Origin: Myxococcales bacterium
GTDB taxonomy: Bacteria > Myxococcota_A > Polyangia > Polyangiales > DASUME01
Direction: 5' to 3'
DNA: 64,000 bases
Assembly: GCA_047601445.1 (NCBI GenBank)
Contig: JASGJH010000001.1
Span: 1,184,001 to 1,248,000, forward strand
This document shows, in pieces, positions 30,210-39,531 of this stretch. The notes beneath the pieces were generated by a model. The model was not told the DNA's origin and searched no databases. It saw only the letters and a program-made list of their open reading frames with translations. Every line of letters begins with the position of its first letter. Positions within the stretch are counted from its first letter, which is position 1. A program made the translations under genes and the position numbers.

Positions 30210-30349
30210 GACGGGGTCGGTAAAGGAAAGCCACGCCGGGCGCACGAAGCGCGAGCCTACGCTATTCGACCTAGTCCATCGTGCATGCGGCATCGGACTT
30301 CCGTCCCGTTGCGGCGAGTCATGTCGCCGATCCATGGTCGGCAGAGAAC

Positions 30350-30982
30350 ATGGCAAACTCGGAACAACCCACAAACCGTGATCTTGAAACCCTCACGACG
30401 CGGCTTGCGCACCTCGAACGGAGGGAGCGCAGACGTCGCAAGCGCGCGTGGACGCTCGCGGGGATAGCGGCACTCCTGTGCGCGGGACTCTGGGCAGATC
30501 GCGCGCTCTCGGAGCCCAACGCGCCCAACGCCAATCGCGGCCATGGCTGGCTCTACTACTTCAACGCTGGTAGCCCGGCGGTGGCCATTCATGTCAACAG
30601 CAACTTCGAGGAGCTCGCAAACAGGATCGATGGTCTCAGCGCAGCGCTGGCTGATACGAACAACGCCGTGAGCTCGCTCGGCGGCAGCCTGGCTGGAATC
30701 GGAGCTCGAACAGGCACGCTTGAGAGCTCCGTGGGTGGACTCTGGGGCCGGCTGAACGGGGGCCTGAAAATAGGCGAGCCCGTAAGGACGAATGGCCTGC
30801 ATGTAGCAGACCAGATCCGGCTGAAGCTCACAGGCGACAAGAGCTCATTTTGCGCGCTCGTCTACGCGAGAAACCTGAGTCAGCCAGACTCGCGTTGCTA
30901 CGTGTCACTCGAAGACGACGGTTGGTACGTCTATTCGAACTGGTACGCTGATTGCGAGGCTCGCTGCGTCTGGGGACCATGA
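30350..30982 (+). CDS. Hypothetical exported coiled-coil protein with FxAGxPAxAxxVNxNF motif
   Basis: ATG 30350; TM/signal segment; heptad-like stalk; Cys-containing C-terminal domain. Confidence 0.7.
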   Translation: MANSEQPTNRDLETLTTRLAHLERRERRRRKRAWTLAGIAALLCAGLWADRALSEPNAPNANRGHGWLYYFNAGSPAVAIHVNSNFEELANRIDGLSAALADTNNAVSSLGGSLAGIGARTGTLESSVGGLWGRLNGGLKIGEPVRTNGLHVADQIRLKLTGDKSSFCALVYARNLSQPDSRCYVSLEDDGWYVYSNWYADCEARCVWGP

Positions 30983-31022
30983 CCGTCGAGACCAACCGCG
31001 AACCAGTTGCACATAGTTTCAA

Positions 31023-31640
31023 TCACTTGGCCCGGCCGTCGGCCAGGCTCTCGTGTTCGCGCTCCTGGGTGAGACCGCGAGAGCTGGAGAGTTTGGCGTC
31101 CCCGTGCGGATTGGGCTCTGCCACCGAGTCGGCCTGGCTTCCGGTCGGGTCCGCGTCACTGAGCGCGCGACCCGTGGCTTGTGCCTCGGCGAGCGGCTTG
31201 GCGCTCCCGGGCCGTCCATCTGCCAACGTGTGTCCCGAGCCCAAATGAACCGGCGGCTTCGACGCGCTGTCGCCTGCTGACCAGCTCGCGAGGTTCGGCA
31301 GCTCCCGCTCGACGCGGCTCCGGGTCTCGTCGCTGCAAAGACCCATGACGGCCCGCCATGCCAGCTCGGCGTGCTCCTGGGCTCGGGCGCGCTCCACGTG
31401 GGCCGCGCGGGCCACGTCGGCGATCAAGCCGTCCAGCGTCGCGTCATGCGCACCGCTTGCGGGTCGGCACAGCCGTTGTGAAAGCTCGTTTGGAAGCTCA
31501 TCGCTCAGCGTCTCCTTCAGATGTTTCGGCAGGCGCCGGCCCAGCGCATCGAGCGTCGTCAGCAACGCGCGCTCGGCTTCGGCCCGGGGCCATGGGGCGC
31601 TTCGCTGCAAGTGATCCAAAAGTTGCGTATAGACCGTCAT
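31023..31640 (-). CDS. DUF2267-like protein
   Basis: AERALLTTLDALGRRL...LSDELP pattern. Confidence 0.65.
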   Translation of the reverse strand: MTVYTQLLDHLQRSAPWPRAEAERALLTTLDALGRRLPKHLKETLSDELPNELSQRLCRPASGAHDATLDGLIADVARAAHVERARAQEHAELAWRAVMGLCSDETRSRVERELPNLASWSAGDSASKPPVHLGSGHTLADGRPGSAKPLAEAQATGRALSDADPTGSQADSVAEPNPHGDAKLSSSRGLTQEREHESLADGRAK

Positions 31641-31763
31641 CGCTTGGGTCCTCCAGCTAGATGGTGGGAACGGCGCGGGCCTACGAAAGTCCGTGGCGAG
31701 CTGCCTGAGTCTTGGCGTGAGCAGCGCTGCGTAGGGAGTGGCCCTCACGACGCAACTCGAGCC

Positions 31764-32732
31764 CTACTCCCCGTATTGCGCTGACTCCGCTGCATGGGGT
31801 CCCTGGCGCAGCGCGGCTAGCGGTTGGCTCGAGACCGCAAGAGCCATGGTGTTCTCGGGCTCCGAGCTCGGGCTCTCGGGTCTCCCGGGCTGGGACTGCT
31901 CCTGTTCCGGCTCGGGCTTGTGATCGTTGGGTTTGTATTTGCCGATCGGGATGTCTACCCCGAAGGACACGCTCCAGTTGCGGATGGCCTTCTGCGGGTT
32001 GTCCTTCACCGTATCCACCAGCCCCAGCACGCTCTTCACCCGCACGCGAAAGCTCCGCATGTGCTCTCCCTTGGAGAACGCGTACTCCACGCTGCCCACC
32101 ACACCGATGTCATAGGGCGTGAGCTCCTTCCGGATGCCTTGCGAGAGCTCGTAGGTCTGGCCGGAGATCTTTTTCTTCACGGTGTCGCTCGCGTTGGTCA
32201 GCACGTTCAGCTGTGGACCCAGGCCGAGACCGATCGGTCCAACGACCCACTTGAGGATCACCGGCAGCGCCACCGCGCGCAGCTCACGTGTGTCTTCGCC
32301 CTGCGTGATGAGCGTGTCGAGCGTCGGCTCGCCCTCGGGTGGCACGAACGGATAGCCGGGCACGCTCGGGCTCAAGCCCCTGGCTCCGTTCGGGTTCTTC
32401 AGCATCAGCTCTGGCTGCAGCGTCAGGCTCCGGGTGAGCCGGATCTCGCCGTAGATCCCGAGGCTCCAGCTGAGCCTCATCTTGTTCGATATGCCCCAGA
32501 AACCGGTGCCCACGAAGCTCGCGGAGATGCCGGGCTGAAAGTTCTTGGTGACGATTTTGTCACCGACCAACAGCATCAGCATGGCCTGTGCCTGCGCGCG
32601 CTGCGGAGTCGCCCCGCCGAGGCCCATGAGCAGGATCCACGCCCAAAGCAAAACTGTTGGCGCGCGCACGCGCCCCCCGTGCACTGCTCGCTTCGCTGCA
32701 GCCATGGCGACAGCATGGGCCGCAACGCCCAT
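31764..32732 (-). CDS. Outer-membrane beta-barrel (porin-like) protein; start uncertain
   Basis: Signal AQA, LQPEL, LPVILK, GLGPQL amphipathic strands. Confidence 0.7.
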   Translation of the reverse strand: MGVAAHAVAMAAAKRAVHGGRVRAPTVLLWAWILLMGLGGATPQRAQAQAMLMLLVGDKIVTKNFQPGISASFVGTGFWGISNKMRLSWSLGIYGEIRLTRSLTLQPELMLKNPNGARGLSPSVPGYPFVPPEGEPTLDTLITQGEDTRELRAVALPVILKWVVGPIGLGLGPQLNVLTNASDTVKKKISGQTYELSQGIRKELTPYDIGVVGSVEYAFSKGEHMRSFRVRVKSVLGLVDTVKDNPQKAIRNWSVSFGVDIPIGKYKPNDHKPEPEQEQSQPGRPESPSSEPENTMALAVSSQPLAALRQGPHAAESAQYGE

Positions 32733-32806
32733 GTTCGACCAGCGGGCCCGCACGACACACCCAGATGCGGGAACACGATCCCTCACCAGGTCGCTGCCAG
32801 TTGTGT

Positions 32807-33439
32807 ATGCTCGGCGCCGTGGACGCCCGTCGTTACGCGATCGATCAAGTGGCCGAGCACTGCGATCTGAGTGAGCGGCTCAAGTTGCTGCCCCCTTCCG
32901 CTTCTTCACGTGGGTTCTTTTTCCGCAGCATCGACAACGTGCTTGAGCGCGCGGGTAAAATGGACCGCTTCGAGCGGATCTTCCCCGAGCGGATCTCCGG
33001 TCTGCGTTACTACCCCGTTTCGGAGCTCCTCATTCGACTGACGGTGGGCGCGGCGCTGCTCCGTGGTCCGGAACAGGTGCACGCAGGCATGTTCGAGATC
33101 GGACGTAACAACGTGTCCGCGGTGATGGGGAGTCTGCTCGGCAAAATGATGCTGAGGTTTCTGGCGATCGATCCACGCTTGCTCTTGCAACAGGGGGTCG
33201 CCGGAAAACGTCAGACCAGCAACTTTGGGCGCTGGGATCTCAGCTTCCCGGAGGAGCACACGGCGCAGGTCTCCATGACCGAGGAGTACCTCTATATTGA
33301 GTCCTACATGTTGGGCGCGGCCCAGGGTACGTTCGAAGCGGTCGGCGTCCCGGTTTCGGTCAAGGCCTCTTTGGTGGACAGGTTTACAGGAACCCACACC
33401 CTGCGCTGGGGACCTTCATGTGAGGATAGCCCCTCATAA
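32807..33439 (+). CDS. DUF2378 (TIGR02265) myxococcal family protein
   Basis: RGFFF, RYYPVSE, SLLGKMM, SNFGRW. Confidence 0.8.
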   Translation: MLGAVDARRYAIDQVAEHCDLSERLKLLPPSASSRGFFFRSIDNVLERAGKMDRFERIFPERISGLRYYPVSELLIRLTVGAALLRGPEQVHAGMFEIGRNNVSAVMGSLLGKMMLRFLAIDPRLLLQQGVAGKRQTSNFGRWDLSFPEEHTAQVSMTEEYLYIESYMLGAAQGTFEAVGVPVSVKASLVDRFTGTHTLRWGPSCEDSPS

Positions 33440-33517
33440 CCACAGCAGATTTTAGGTCCTGCGCTCCCCCCAATTGCGGCCCATCCCACAGTTTTCTAAC
33501 AGCCCTCAGTTTCGGAG

Positions 33518-35119
33518 TTGGTACCAGTGTCACAGGCAGGCTCACTGATCCTGGTTCAGCGTCCTGAGCTGCAGGCCGAGCTCTGTGCCCTGGCTTCCAG
33601 TTTGCCATGGGCCGCGAACCGCGGATTGAGCTTCCATGTGGCCGAGGGCGATCCCCGCGAGGCCATCGACCTGTGGCGGAGCCGCGACGTGGGGGTGCCG
33701 CTCGGGTTCATCGCCGCGGACGAGTCCAGCGCCCTCTTGGCCCTGGCGAGCGGTGCTGACGAAGCCTCCGTCATCCCTGCGGAAGCCGAGGCCCTCGCGT
33801 TCTTCGTCGAGCGCCTAGAGCTCCGTGCCCGGCTGCGGGCGGAGACCCAGCGTACCCACGAGCGCTTCGCTCATGCCGAGAAGCTCGCGGCGCTCGGCAC
33901 GCTCGTGGCCGGCGTCGGGCACGAGATCAACAACCCGCTGTCCGCCCTGCTGCTCTCCATCGAGGCCGCGCGTCGCTTGGTCCTCCCACAGCTCGAGGCA
34001 GCGCAGCAGCTCGTCACAGCCACGCGCGAAGGACGCGCGTTGCCGGAGCCCGATCTCTCGCGCGTCCAGGCGTCGTTCTCGAACGAGCGCCTCGGACGCG
34101 ACGCAACGCGCATGTTCGAGGACATGAACAGCGCGGCCGACGCCATCACCTCCATCGTGCGCGACCTGCGCATCTTCGCGCGCTCGGACGCCGAAGAGCC
34201 GGCGGAGCTAGTGGAGATCGATGCGCTGATCGATCATGCCATTCGTCTCGTGGGACGCGAGGTGTTCCAGCACGGCCTACTCGAGCGCGACTTCACGCCC
34301 GAGTTGCCCAAGCTGGTGTTGCCTCGCAACCGCGTGACGCAGGTGATCATGAACGTGCTCATCAACGCCTGTCACGCCATCCGCGAAGTGGAGCGCCCCG
34401 TGCATCGCGTGCGCATCTCCACGCGCGCTGACGAGGACTACGTGGCCATCGCGGTGAGTGACACCGGACCCGGCATCTCCCCGGACTGCCTGGGTCGCAT
34501 CTTCGATCCCTTCTTCACGACCCGCCGCAACGAGCTCGGCACGGGCCTGGGGCTCGCCATCTCACGCTCGATCCTGCGGCGCATCGGCGGTGACCTGGCG
34601 GTGGAATCGGTGCATGGCTCGGGGGCCACCTTCCTGTGCTTCCTGCCCCTCCCCAGTCGCGAGATGCTGAAGAACGCCTACCAGCGCACCAGCGTGGTGC
34701 CGCGCGAGAAGACGGCGCCCAAGCGCCTGTCGTCGGTGCTGCTCGTGGAAGACGACGAGCGCGTCTTGCGCGGCTACGTGCGCCTCCTGCACCCGGACTA
34801 CCGCGTGATCATCGCGCAGGACGCCACGGATGCCATCGGGCTCCTCGAGTCGGGCTCGAGCCCCGACGCGGTGTTGATGGAGCTCGACCTGCAGGGGTCC
34901 GACGGGCGAAAGCTTCTGAGCTGGTTGGAGGAGCACCGGCCGCACCTGCGGGAGTCCGTGCTGCTCGTGACGGCCGCTTCGGGCAAGCCGGAGTACGCGG
35001 AGTTCTTGCGGGACTACCGGGGGATGCTCCTGCACAAGCCGGCCAACGGTGCCGACCTGCTGCAGGCCGTGGAAGCCACGCTGACGCGCGCGAGCTCAGG
35101 CGCTGTTTCGGCCGAGTAG
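33518..35119 (+). CDS. Hybrid sensor histidine kinase with C-terminal (pseudo)receiver
   Basis: GHEINNPL H-box, INACHA N-box, DTGPG, FDPFFTT, GTGLGL; receiver VLLVEDD...HKP. Confidence 0.9.
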   Translation: MVPVSQAGSLILVQRPELQAELCALASSLPWAANRGLSFHVAEGDPREAIDLWRSRDVGVPLGFIAADESSALLALASGADEASVIPAEAEALAFFVERLELRARLRAETQRTHERFAHAEKLAALGTLVAGVGHEINNPLSALLLSIEAARRLVLPQLEAAQQLVTATREGRALPEPDLSRVQASFSNERLGRDATRMFEDMNSAADAITSIVRDLRIFARSDAEEPAELVEIDALIDHAIRLVGREVFQHGLLERDFTPELPKLVLPRNRVTQVIMNVLINACHAIREVERPVHRVRISTRADEDYVAIAVSDTGPGISPDCLGRIFDPFFTTRRNELGTGLGLAISRSILRRIGGDLAVESVHGSGATFLCFLPLPSREMLKNAYQRTSVVPREKTAPKRLSSVLLVEDDERVLRGYVRLLHPDYRVIIAQDATDAIGLLESGSSPDAVLMELDLQGSDGRKLLSWLEEHRPHLRESVLLVTAASGKPEYAEFLRDYRGMLLHKPANGADLLQAVEATLTRASSGAVSAE

Positions 35120-35671
35120 GAACTTCGCGAGCGGCATCGCGTCGAGGCGCGCGGTCTCGAGCAGGCCCTCGATCAAACGGCGTCCGAGCCGGGCCAAATC
35201 GAGCAAGCGTTGGATGCGGGCTTGCTGCGCCTGGGCGCGCGCGCGTACCTCGGCGTCGTCCGATTTGAGGTGCTCGTCCAGCGAGGCCAGCGCCTGCTCC
35301 ATCGCCGCGATGGCCTCGAGGACCTCGACCAGCTCACGCTCCCGGAAGACGCGCGAGATCATCTTCCAGAGGTTGCTCTCGGCCACGAAGAAGTCGCGCC
35401 GTTGACCGTGGATCCAGACGCGCTTCACCACGCCCCAACGCAAGAGGTCGTTGAGCGCCATCGACACGGAGCCGGCCGAGAGCTCGAGCCTGTCGCGTAG
35501 CTCGTTGGCGCCGAGCGGCTCGTCCGAGAGGTAGAGCAAGCTCCAGATGCGGCCCATGTGGCGCTTGAAGCCCCAGAACTCGATCAGACGCCCGACGGCG
35601 TCGCTCAGCAATTGTTCGCTCTGCCAAAGATCGGCACGACCTGTGGGTGCTTCTTCGGTTGGCGTGGTCAT
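35096..35671 (-). CDS. GbsR/MarR-family transcriptional regulator
   Basis: WGFKRHMGRIWSLLYL...LSAGSVSMALNDL. Confidence 0.85.
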   Translation of the reverse strand: MTTPTEEAPTGRADLWQSEQLLSDAVGRLIEFWGFKRHMGRIWSLLYLSDEPLGANELRDRLELSAGSVSMALNDLLRWGVVKRVWIHGQRRDFFVAESNLWKMISRVFRERELVEVLEAIAAMEQALASLDEHLKSDDAEVRARAQAQQARIQRLLDLARLGRRLIEGLLETARLDAMPLAKFLLGRNSA

Positions 35672-35707
35672 GTGCGCTCCGTGTTTGCGCGTGAATCGAA
35701 AGCCGAG

Positions 35708-36742
35708 TCAGGTCTTACGGCGAGTCAACACCAGGGCGAGGTTTCGCAGGAGTTCCCGCGGACGAGCTTCGGGGAGTAGCTCGAGTGCAGCCAGCGCTTG
35801 GGAGCTCTGTTCGAGAGCATAGGCGCGGGCTTCTTCGCAGGCACTCTGCACGAGCGGATGGAGACTGACCAGCCGAGCTGCTTCGGCCTTCCCCTGGCGA
35901 GCAGCCGCCAAATGCTCCAGCAAATCGCCGGCGCCGTCCCGTTCGAGGGCTAGCGCGAGCGGCAACGTGGTCTTGCCTTCGGCCAAGTCGGCACCGAGTC
36001 GCTTGCCCACTTCGCGCGGGTCTCCCGCAAGGTCGAGCACGTCGTCGATGATTTGAAAGGCCACACCGACCTGCTCGCCGAAGCGTCCAGCCGGCTCGAT
36101 GAGATCTTCCCGTTTGGCCACGCGTGCACCGCTGCGACAGGCGAAGCCAAAAAGGGACGCCGTCTTGCCGCGCACGATGTCCAGGTAGCCTTCGACGCCC
36201 AGGTCCTCGCGGCCGCGGGCCTTGAGCTGCGCCACTTCGCCCGCAATCAAGCGCTCCAGGGTACCGAGCATGTCGTGCATGGCGCCCGGGACGCCGGCGC
36301 CTTCCACCAGCTGCAGCGCACGCGTCAACAGCAGGTCCCCCGACAGCACGCTGACCAGGTTTCCCCACAGCACGCGGGTCGCGGGGCGATTGCGCCGCTC
36401 TTCGCCCTCATCGATCACGTCATCGTGGAGCAAGGTCGCCGAGTGGATGAGCTCGGCGGCCGCTGCGATGGCCACGGCGTCACGGGGATCTCCGCCGCAA
36501 GCTGCGGTGGTCAGGAGACAGGTCAGCGGGCGCACCCGCTTCCCCCCGGCCTCCACCAAGTGCAGCCCGGCTTCGGCCAACGGCACCGGGCCGTGAACTG
36601 CCGAAATCACGCGGTCTTCGAGAATGGGGAGCGCGTCCGAGAGCAGGGCGCTCACGGCGTCCAGGTGCTGCGCCGCCGCCGCCGAAGACGGGTGGAGACG
36701 TGCAGCGTCCTTGAGTGCTTCCTGTTGGGCCGCTGGGATCAT
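35708..36742 (-). CDS. Polyprenyl diphosphate synthase
   Basis: GGKRVRP, LHDDVID, FQIIDDVLD, GKT. Confidence 0.93.
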   Translation of the reverse strand: MIPAAQQEALKDAARLHPSSAAAAQHLDAVSALLSDALPILEDRVISAVHGPVPLAEAGLHLVEAGGKRVRPLTCLLTTAACGGDPRDAVAIAAAAELIHSATLLHDDVIDEGEERRNRPATRVLWGNLVSVLSGDLLLTRALQLVEGAGVPGAMHDMLGTLERLIAGEVAQLKARGREDLGVEGYLDIVRGKTASLFGFACRSGARVAKREDLIEPAGRFGEQVGVAFQIIDDVLDLAGDPREVGKRLGADLAEGKTTLPLALALERDGAGDLLEHLAAARQGKAEAARLVSLHPLVQSACEEARAYALEQSSQALAALELLPEARPRELLRNLALVLTRRKT

Positions 36743-36943
36743 CGCTGTCTCCGTCCGAAGCGCGCTGTCTCGCGCGCGAGCTTCATCGTCCGTGCAGAAG
36801 TTTCAAAAAACGTTGAACTATGGGCCCGGCCAGGGGACACGTCAACCTTGGCGGGCGCTTCCCAGCTCCGGGGCAAAAATGCGAGAGATCACGCAAAACC
36901 GCGGCTATCTGAGGTATGAAGGCGCCACCGGAGACGAACCTAC

Positions 36944-37534
36944 GTGCGTTTTTTCCTTGGTTTCCTCACTGCCTCGGTGATCTGGGGTGCCCTCGCGACG
37001 CTTGCCTACCTGGGCGTGCTCCCCTTTCCGTCCGCAGAGCCCCCCGAAGAAGAGGTGGTGGCTGCGGTCGAACCCGGCGTCGAGGAGGTTGACCCCAGCG
37101 GGAAGGGCAAGCGCCGCAAGCCGCGTCGAGCGAGGGCCGCGGGCAGCACTGCCGGTGGCCGGGACCGCAGCGGCGATCAGACCGAGGGGCAGGTCGGCGA
37201 CGATCTCGATTGGGATGGGACGCGCCAGGTCGATATGGGCGCCGGCGAAGAGCAGCTCTCGGGCAAGGAGATCGAGAGCGGGTTCGACAGCGTGATGAAC
37301 CGGATTCGTCGCTGTCTGATCCTGGTGCCGGCCGATGGGGAAATCAAAGGTCAGCTGTTGTTCGGCATGCGTGTGGGCGGCGATGGCAAGCCGCGCGCGG
37401 TGCAGCTCACGGGGCCTTCGGTGGTCATCAGTGGGGAGAGCGGGAGCTGTCTGCGTGAGGCCGCGCAGGGCATCCGCTTCGCGACGTTCGACGGCCCCGA
37501 GATGCTCTTCAAATACCCAGTGACGTTGCAGTGA
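36944..37534 (+). CDS. Membrane-anchored protein with AgmX/PglI (TonB-C-like) C-terminal domain
   Basis: N-terminal TM; IRRC...SCL...IRF...YP pattern. Confidence 0.7.
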   Translation: MRFFLGFLTASVIWGALATLAYLGVLPFPSAEPPEEEVVAAVEPGVEEVDPSGKGKRRKPRRARAAGSTAGGRDRSGDQTEGQVGDDLDWDGTRQVDMGAGEEQLSGKEIESGFDSVMNRIRRCLILVPADGEIKGQLLFGMRVGGDGKPRAVQLTGPSVVISGESGSCLREAAQGIRFATFDGPEMLFKYPVTLQ

Positions 37535-37543
37535 GTGCGAAGC

Positions 37544-38338
37544 CTAGCGCCCCTTGAACTCAGGCTTGCGCTTGGCAGCAAACGCTTCGAGGGCTTCCTT
37601 GCGGTCTTCCGAGGTCAGCACACGCTCGTAGCAGGCGCGCTCGCGGTTGAGCCCGGCCTCGAGTGGGAGCTCATCGGCGGCACGTAGCGCCTCCAGGGCC
37701 GCCGCCAGGGCCAAGGGCGCACCTTCGCGGAAGGGACGCGCCAGCTCGAGAGCGAACGCGAGCACGTCCTGGTCGGCTGGAGCCACACGATGCACGAGGC
37801 CGATCTGCCATGCCTCCTCGGCGCTGACGCGCTCGCTCAGCAGCACCATCTGCGTCGCACGTGAAAGGCCCACCACGCGCGGCAGGCGCTGGGTTCCGCC
37901 CGCGCCTGGGATGATGCCGATCGACACCTCGGGCAATCCCAGCGCGACGCCCGGGGCGGCCACGCGCAGGTCGCAGGCCAACGCGAGCTCCAGCCCGCCC
38001 CCCAAGGCGGCGCCGTTGAGTGCCGCGATCACCGGGCGGTCCAGCCGATCGATGGCCAGCAACGTGCGCTCGGCCGCGTTCAAGAACTCGCGTACCTGGG
38101 CGTCGCTCATGCTGCGCCGCTCCTTCAGGTCCGCCCCCGCACAAAACGCGCGCGTGCCCTGCCCCGTGATCACCACCGCGCGCACTTCCTTGGAGGCACG
38201 CGTCTCGTGCACCAGCTGCTCGAAGGCGCGCAGCATCTCTGTGGTGAGGGAGTTCATGCGATCCGGACGTGCCAGGGTCCAGATGGCGATGCCGTCGCGC
38301 TGTTCCACCAAGATGCCGACGTCCGACGCGTTCGTCAT
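37544..38338 (-). CDS. Enoyl-CoA hydratase/isomerase family protein
   Basis: FCAGADLKE, GGGLELALACD, PEVSIGIIPGAGGTQRL. Confidence 0.93.
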   Translation of the reverse strand: MTNASDVGILVEQRDGIAIWTLARPDRMNSLTTEMLRAFEQLVHETRASKEVRAVVITGQGTRAFCAGADLKERRSMSDAQVREFLNAAERTLLAIDRLDRPVIAALNGAALGGGLELALACDLRVAAPGVALGLPEVSIGIIPGAGGTQRLPRVVGLSRATQMVLLSERVSAEEAWQIGLVHRVAPADQDVLAFALELARPFREGAPLALAAALEALRAADELPLEAGLNRERACYERVLTSEDRKEALEAFAAKRKPEFKGR

Positions 38339-39201
38339 GGGTTCTCCTCGGGTTGCGACCCCGGCCGAGCCTGCGCCGAAAGGCCGAGTCGTTCGCGGTA
38401 GACGCGGTTTCTCGGATCGAGCTGCACGGCCCGCTCTAGCTCGACGGCGGCCTGCGAGGTGCGCCCGAGCTGCGCCAAGAGGAGCGCTCGGCCTACCCAG
38501 GCCGGCGCGAACTCCGGCGAACGCGCGAGGATCTCGCCGTAGATGGTCAGCGCCTCCTCGTAGCCCGCGCGGTTGATCACCAGCGCGGCCAGCCCCAGCT
38601 GGAGGCTGCGCTCCTCCGGAAAACGTTGCAGCGCATCGCGCAGAGTGCGCTCGGCGGCTTGGGGATCGCCGGACTGGGTGAGCGCGATGGCCAAGGCGTG
38701 ACGGGTCTCAGCGTGGTCGGGTTCGAGCGCGACCGCAGCGCGCAGCGGCTCCACGGCGTCCTGCGGACGTCCCCAGCGCAGGAGGCGTGTGCCGAGCACA
38801 CGGTGGGTCCACGCTCGTTGGGGCTCGAGGCTGACTGCGGCGCGATAGGCGGCTTCGGCCAGGTCGTACTGACGCGACAGCTCCAGGGCGTGGCCAAGGT
38901 ACACCTTCAGGCGGGCTTGCTCGGGGCCCAGCGTGCAGGCGTGCTCGAAGGCTCGTACCGCCTCGGGTCCCCTGCCCTCCCCCACATAGGCACGTCCCAG
39001 ATCTACCCAATAGGAGAGTTCCTCGGGCTCCTCGCGCACGGCTTGCTCGAGCGCTGCGCTGGCGGTGCCGAAGGCTCGGTCATCGAGGGCACGCCGCCCA
39101 CGCGCTGCCGCCGGGTGGACGCAGCCAGTTGTCCACAGGCCCCACGCGAGCGCGCACGACGCCACCAGAAACACGCGCAACCGACCCCGGCCTGGTCCCA
39201 T
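38335..39201 (-). CDS. TPR-repeat lipoprotein
   Basis: TTGC lipobox; multiple TPR units. Confidence 0.8.
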   Translation of the reverse strand: MGPGRGRLRVFLVASCALAWGLWTTGCVHPAAARGRRALDDRAFGTASAALEQAVREEPEELSYWVDLGRAYVGEGRGPEAVRAFEHACTLGPEQARLKVYLGHALELSRQYDLAEAAYRAAVSLEPQRAWTHRVLGTRLLRWGRPQDAVEPLRAAVALEPDHAETRHALAIALTQSGDPQAAERTLRDALQRFPEERSLQLGLAALVINRAGYEEALTIYGEILARSPEFAPAWVGRALLLAQLGRTSQAAVELERAVQLDPRNRVYRERLGLSAQARPGSQPEENP

Positions 39202-39249
39202 GTGCGCGGGAGCTTGACGAGTTGGGGCATCGCGCGGACGATCCGGGCC

Positions 39250-39531
39250 ATGACACGCGAAACGTTGCAATCCATCCTGCGCGCGGCCGAGGGACTGACT
39301 GACAAGGCCGGTGCATTCCGCGTCCCGAGCGAACATCGAGTGACGTTCTACCTCGGAAACGAGGGCCGAGGCATCGTTGTGAACGAGGTCGAGGAGATCA
39401 AGCTGGCCGACGACTACCTTCAGCTCACTGCACCCGAGCCCGGCCAGGTGTTCACACCGTACGCCGCCGTCTACGCAGTGTCGATCAAGCCGCCCAAGCC
39501 CAATGCGCCCAAGAAGGCGGGCTTCGCCTGA
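39250..39531 (+). CDS. Small conserved-looking protein (93 aa), translationally coupled to pilR
   Basis: MTRETLQ...KKAGFA; TGATG overlap; good codon bias. Confidence 0.75.
   Translation: MTRETLQSILRAAEGLTDKAGAFRVPSEHRVTFYLGNEGRGIVVNEVEEIKLADDYLQLTAPEPGQVFTPYAAVYAVSIKPPKPNAPKKAGFA

Larger units (their letters stand above)
29131..30245 (-). mobile_element. Group II intron, internally deleted
   Basis: 5' GUGCGCCCGG at 30245; domain I-like GGAGGUGGGACUCCUCC and GGUAUCCAGCCUUGCG...GGUAAC; RT remnant; canonical DV and DVI ending ...GUCUACUCUCC near 29131. Confidence 0.8.

Noticed and set aside
30235..30247. GCCGGGCGCAC resembles a tRNA-Arg 3' end or att site
   Set aside because: No TpsiC arm or CCA; better explained as the reverse complement of the intron 5' end
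25640..31000. Integron cassette array or attC-targeting intron
   Set aside because: No integrase, no convincing RYYYAAC...GTTRRRY pairs, and genes are in mixed orientation
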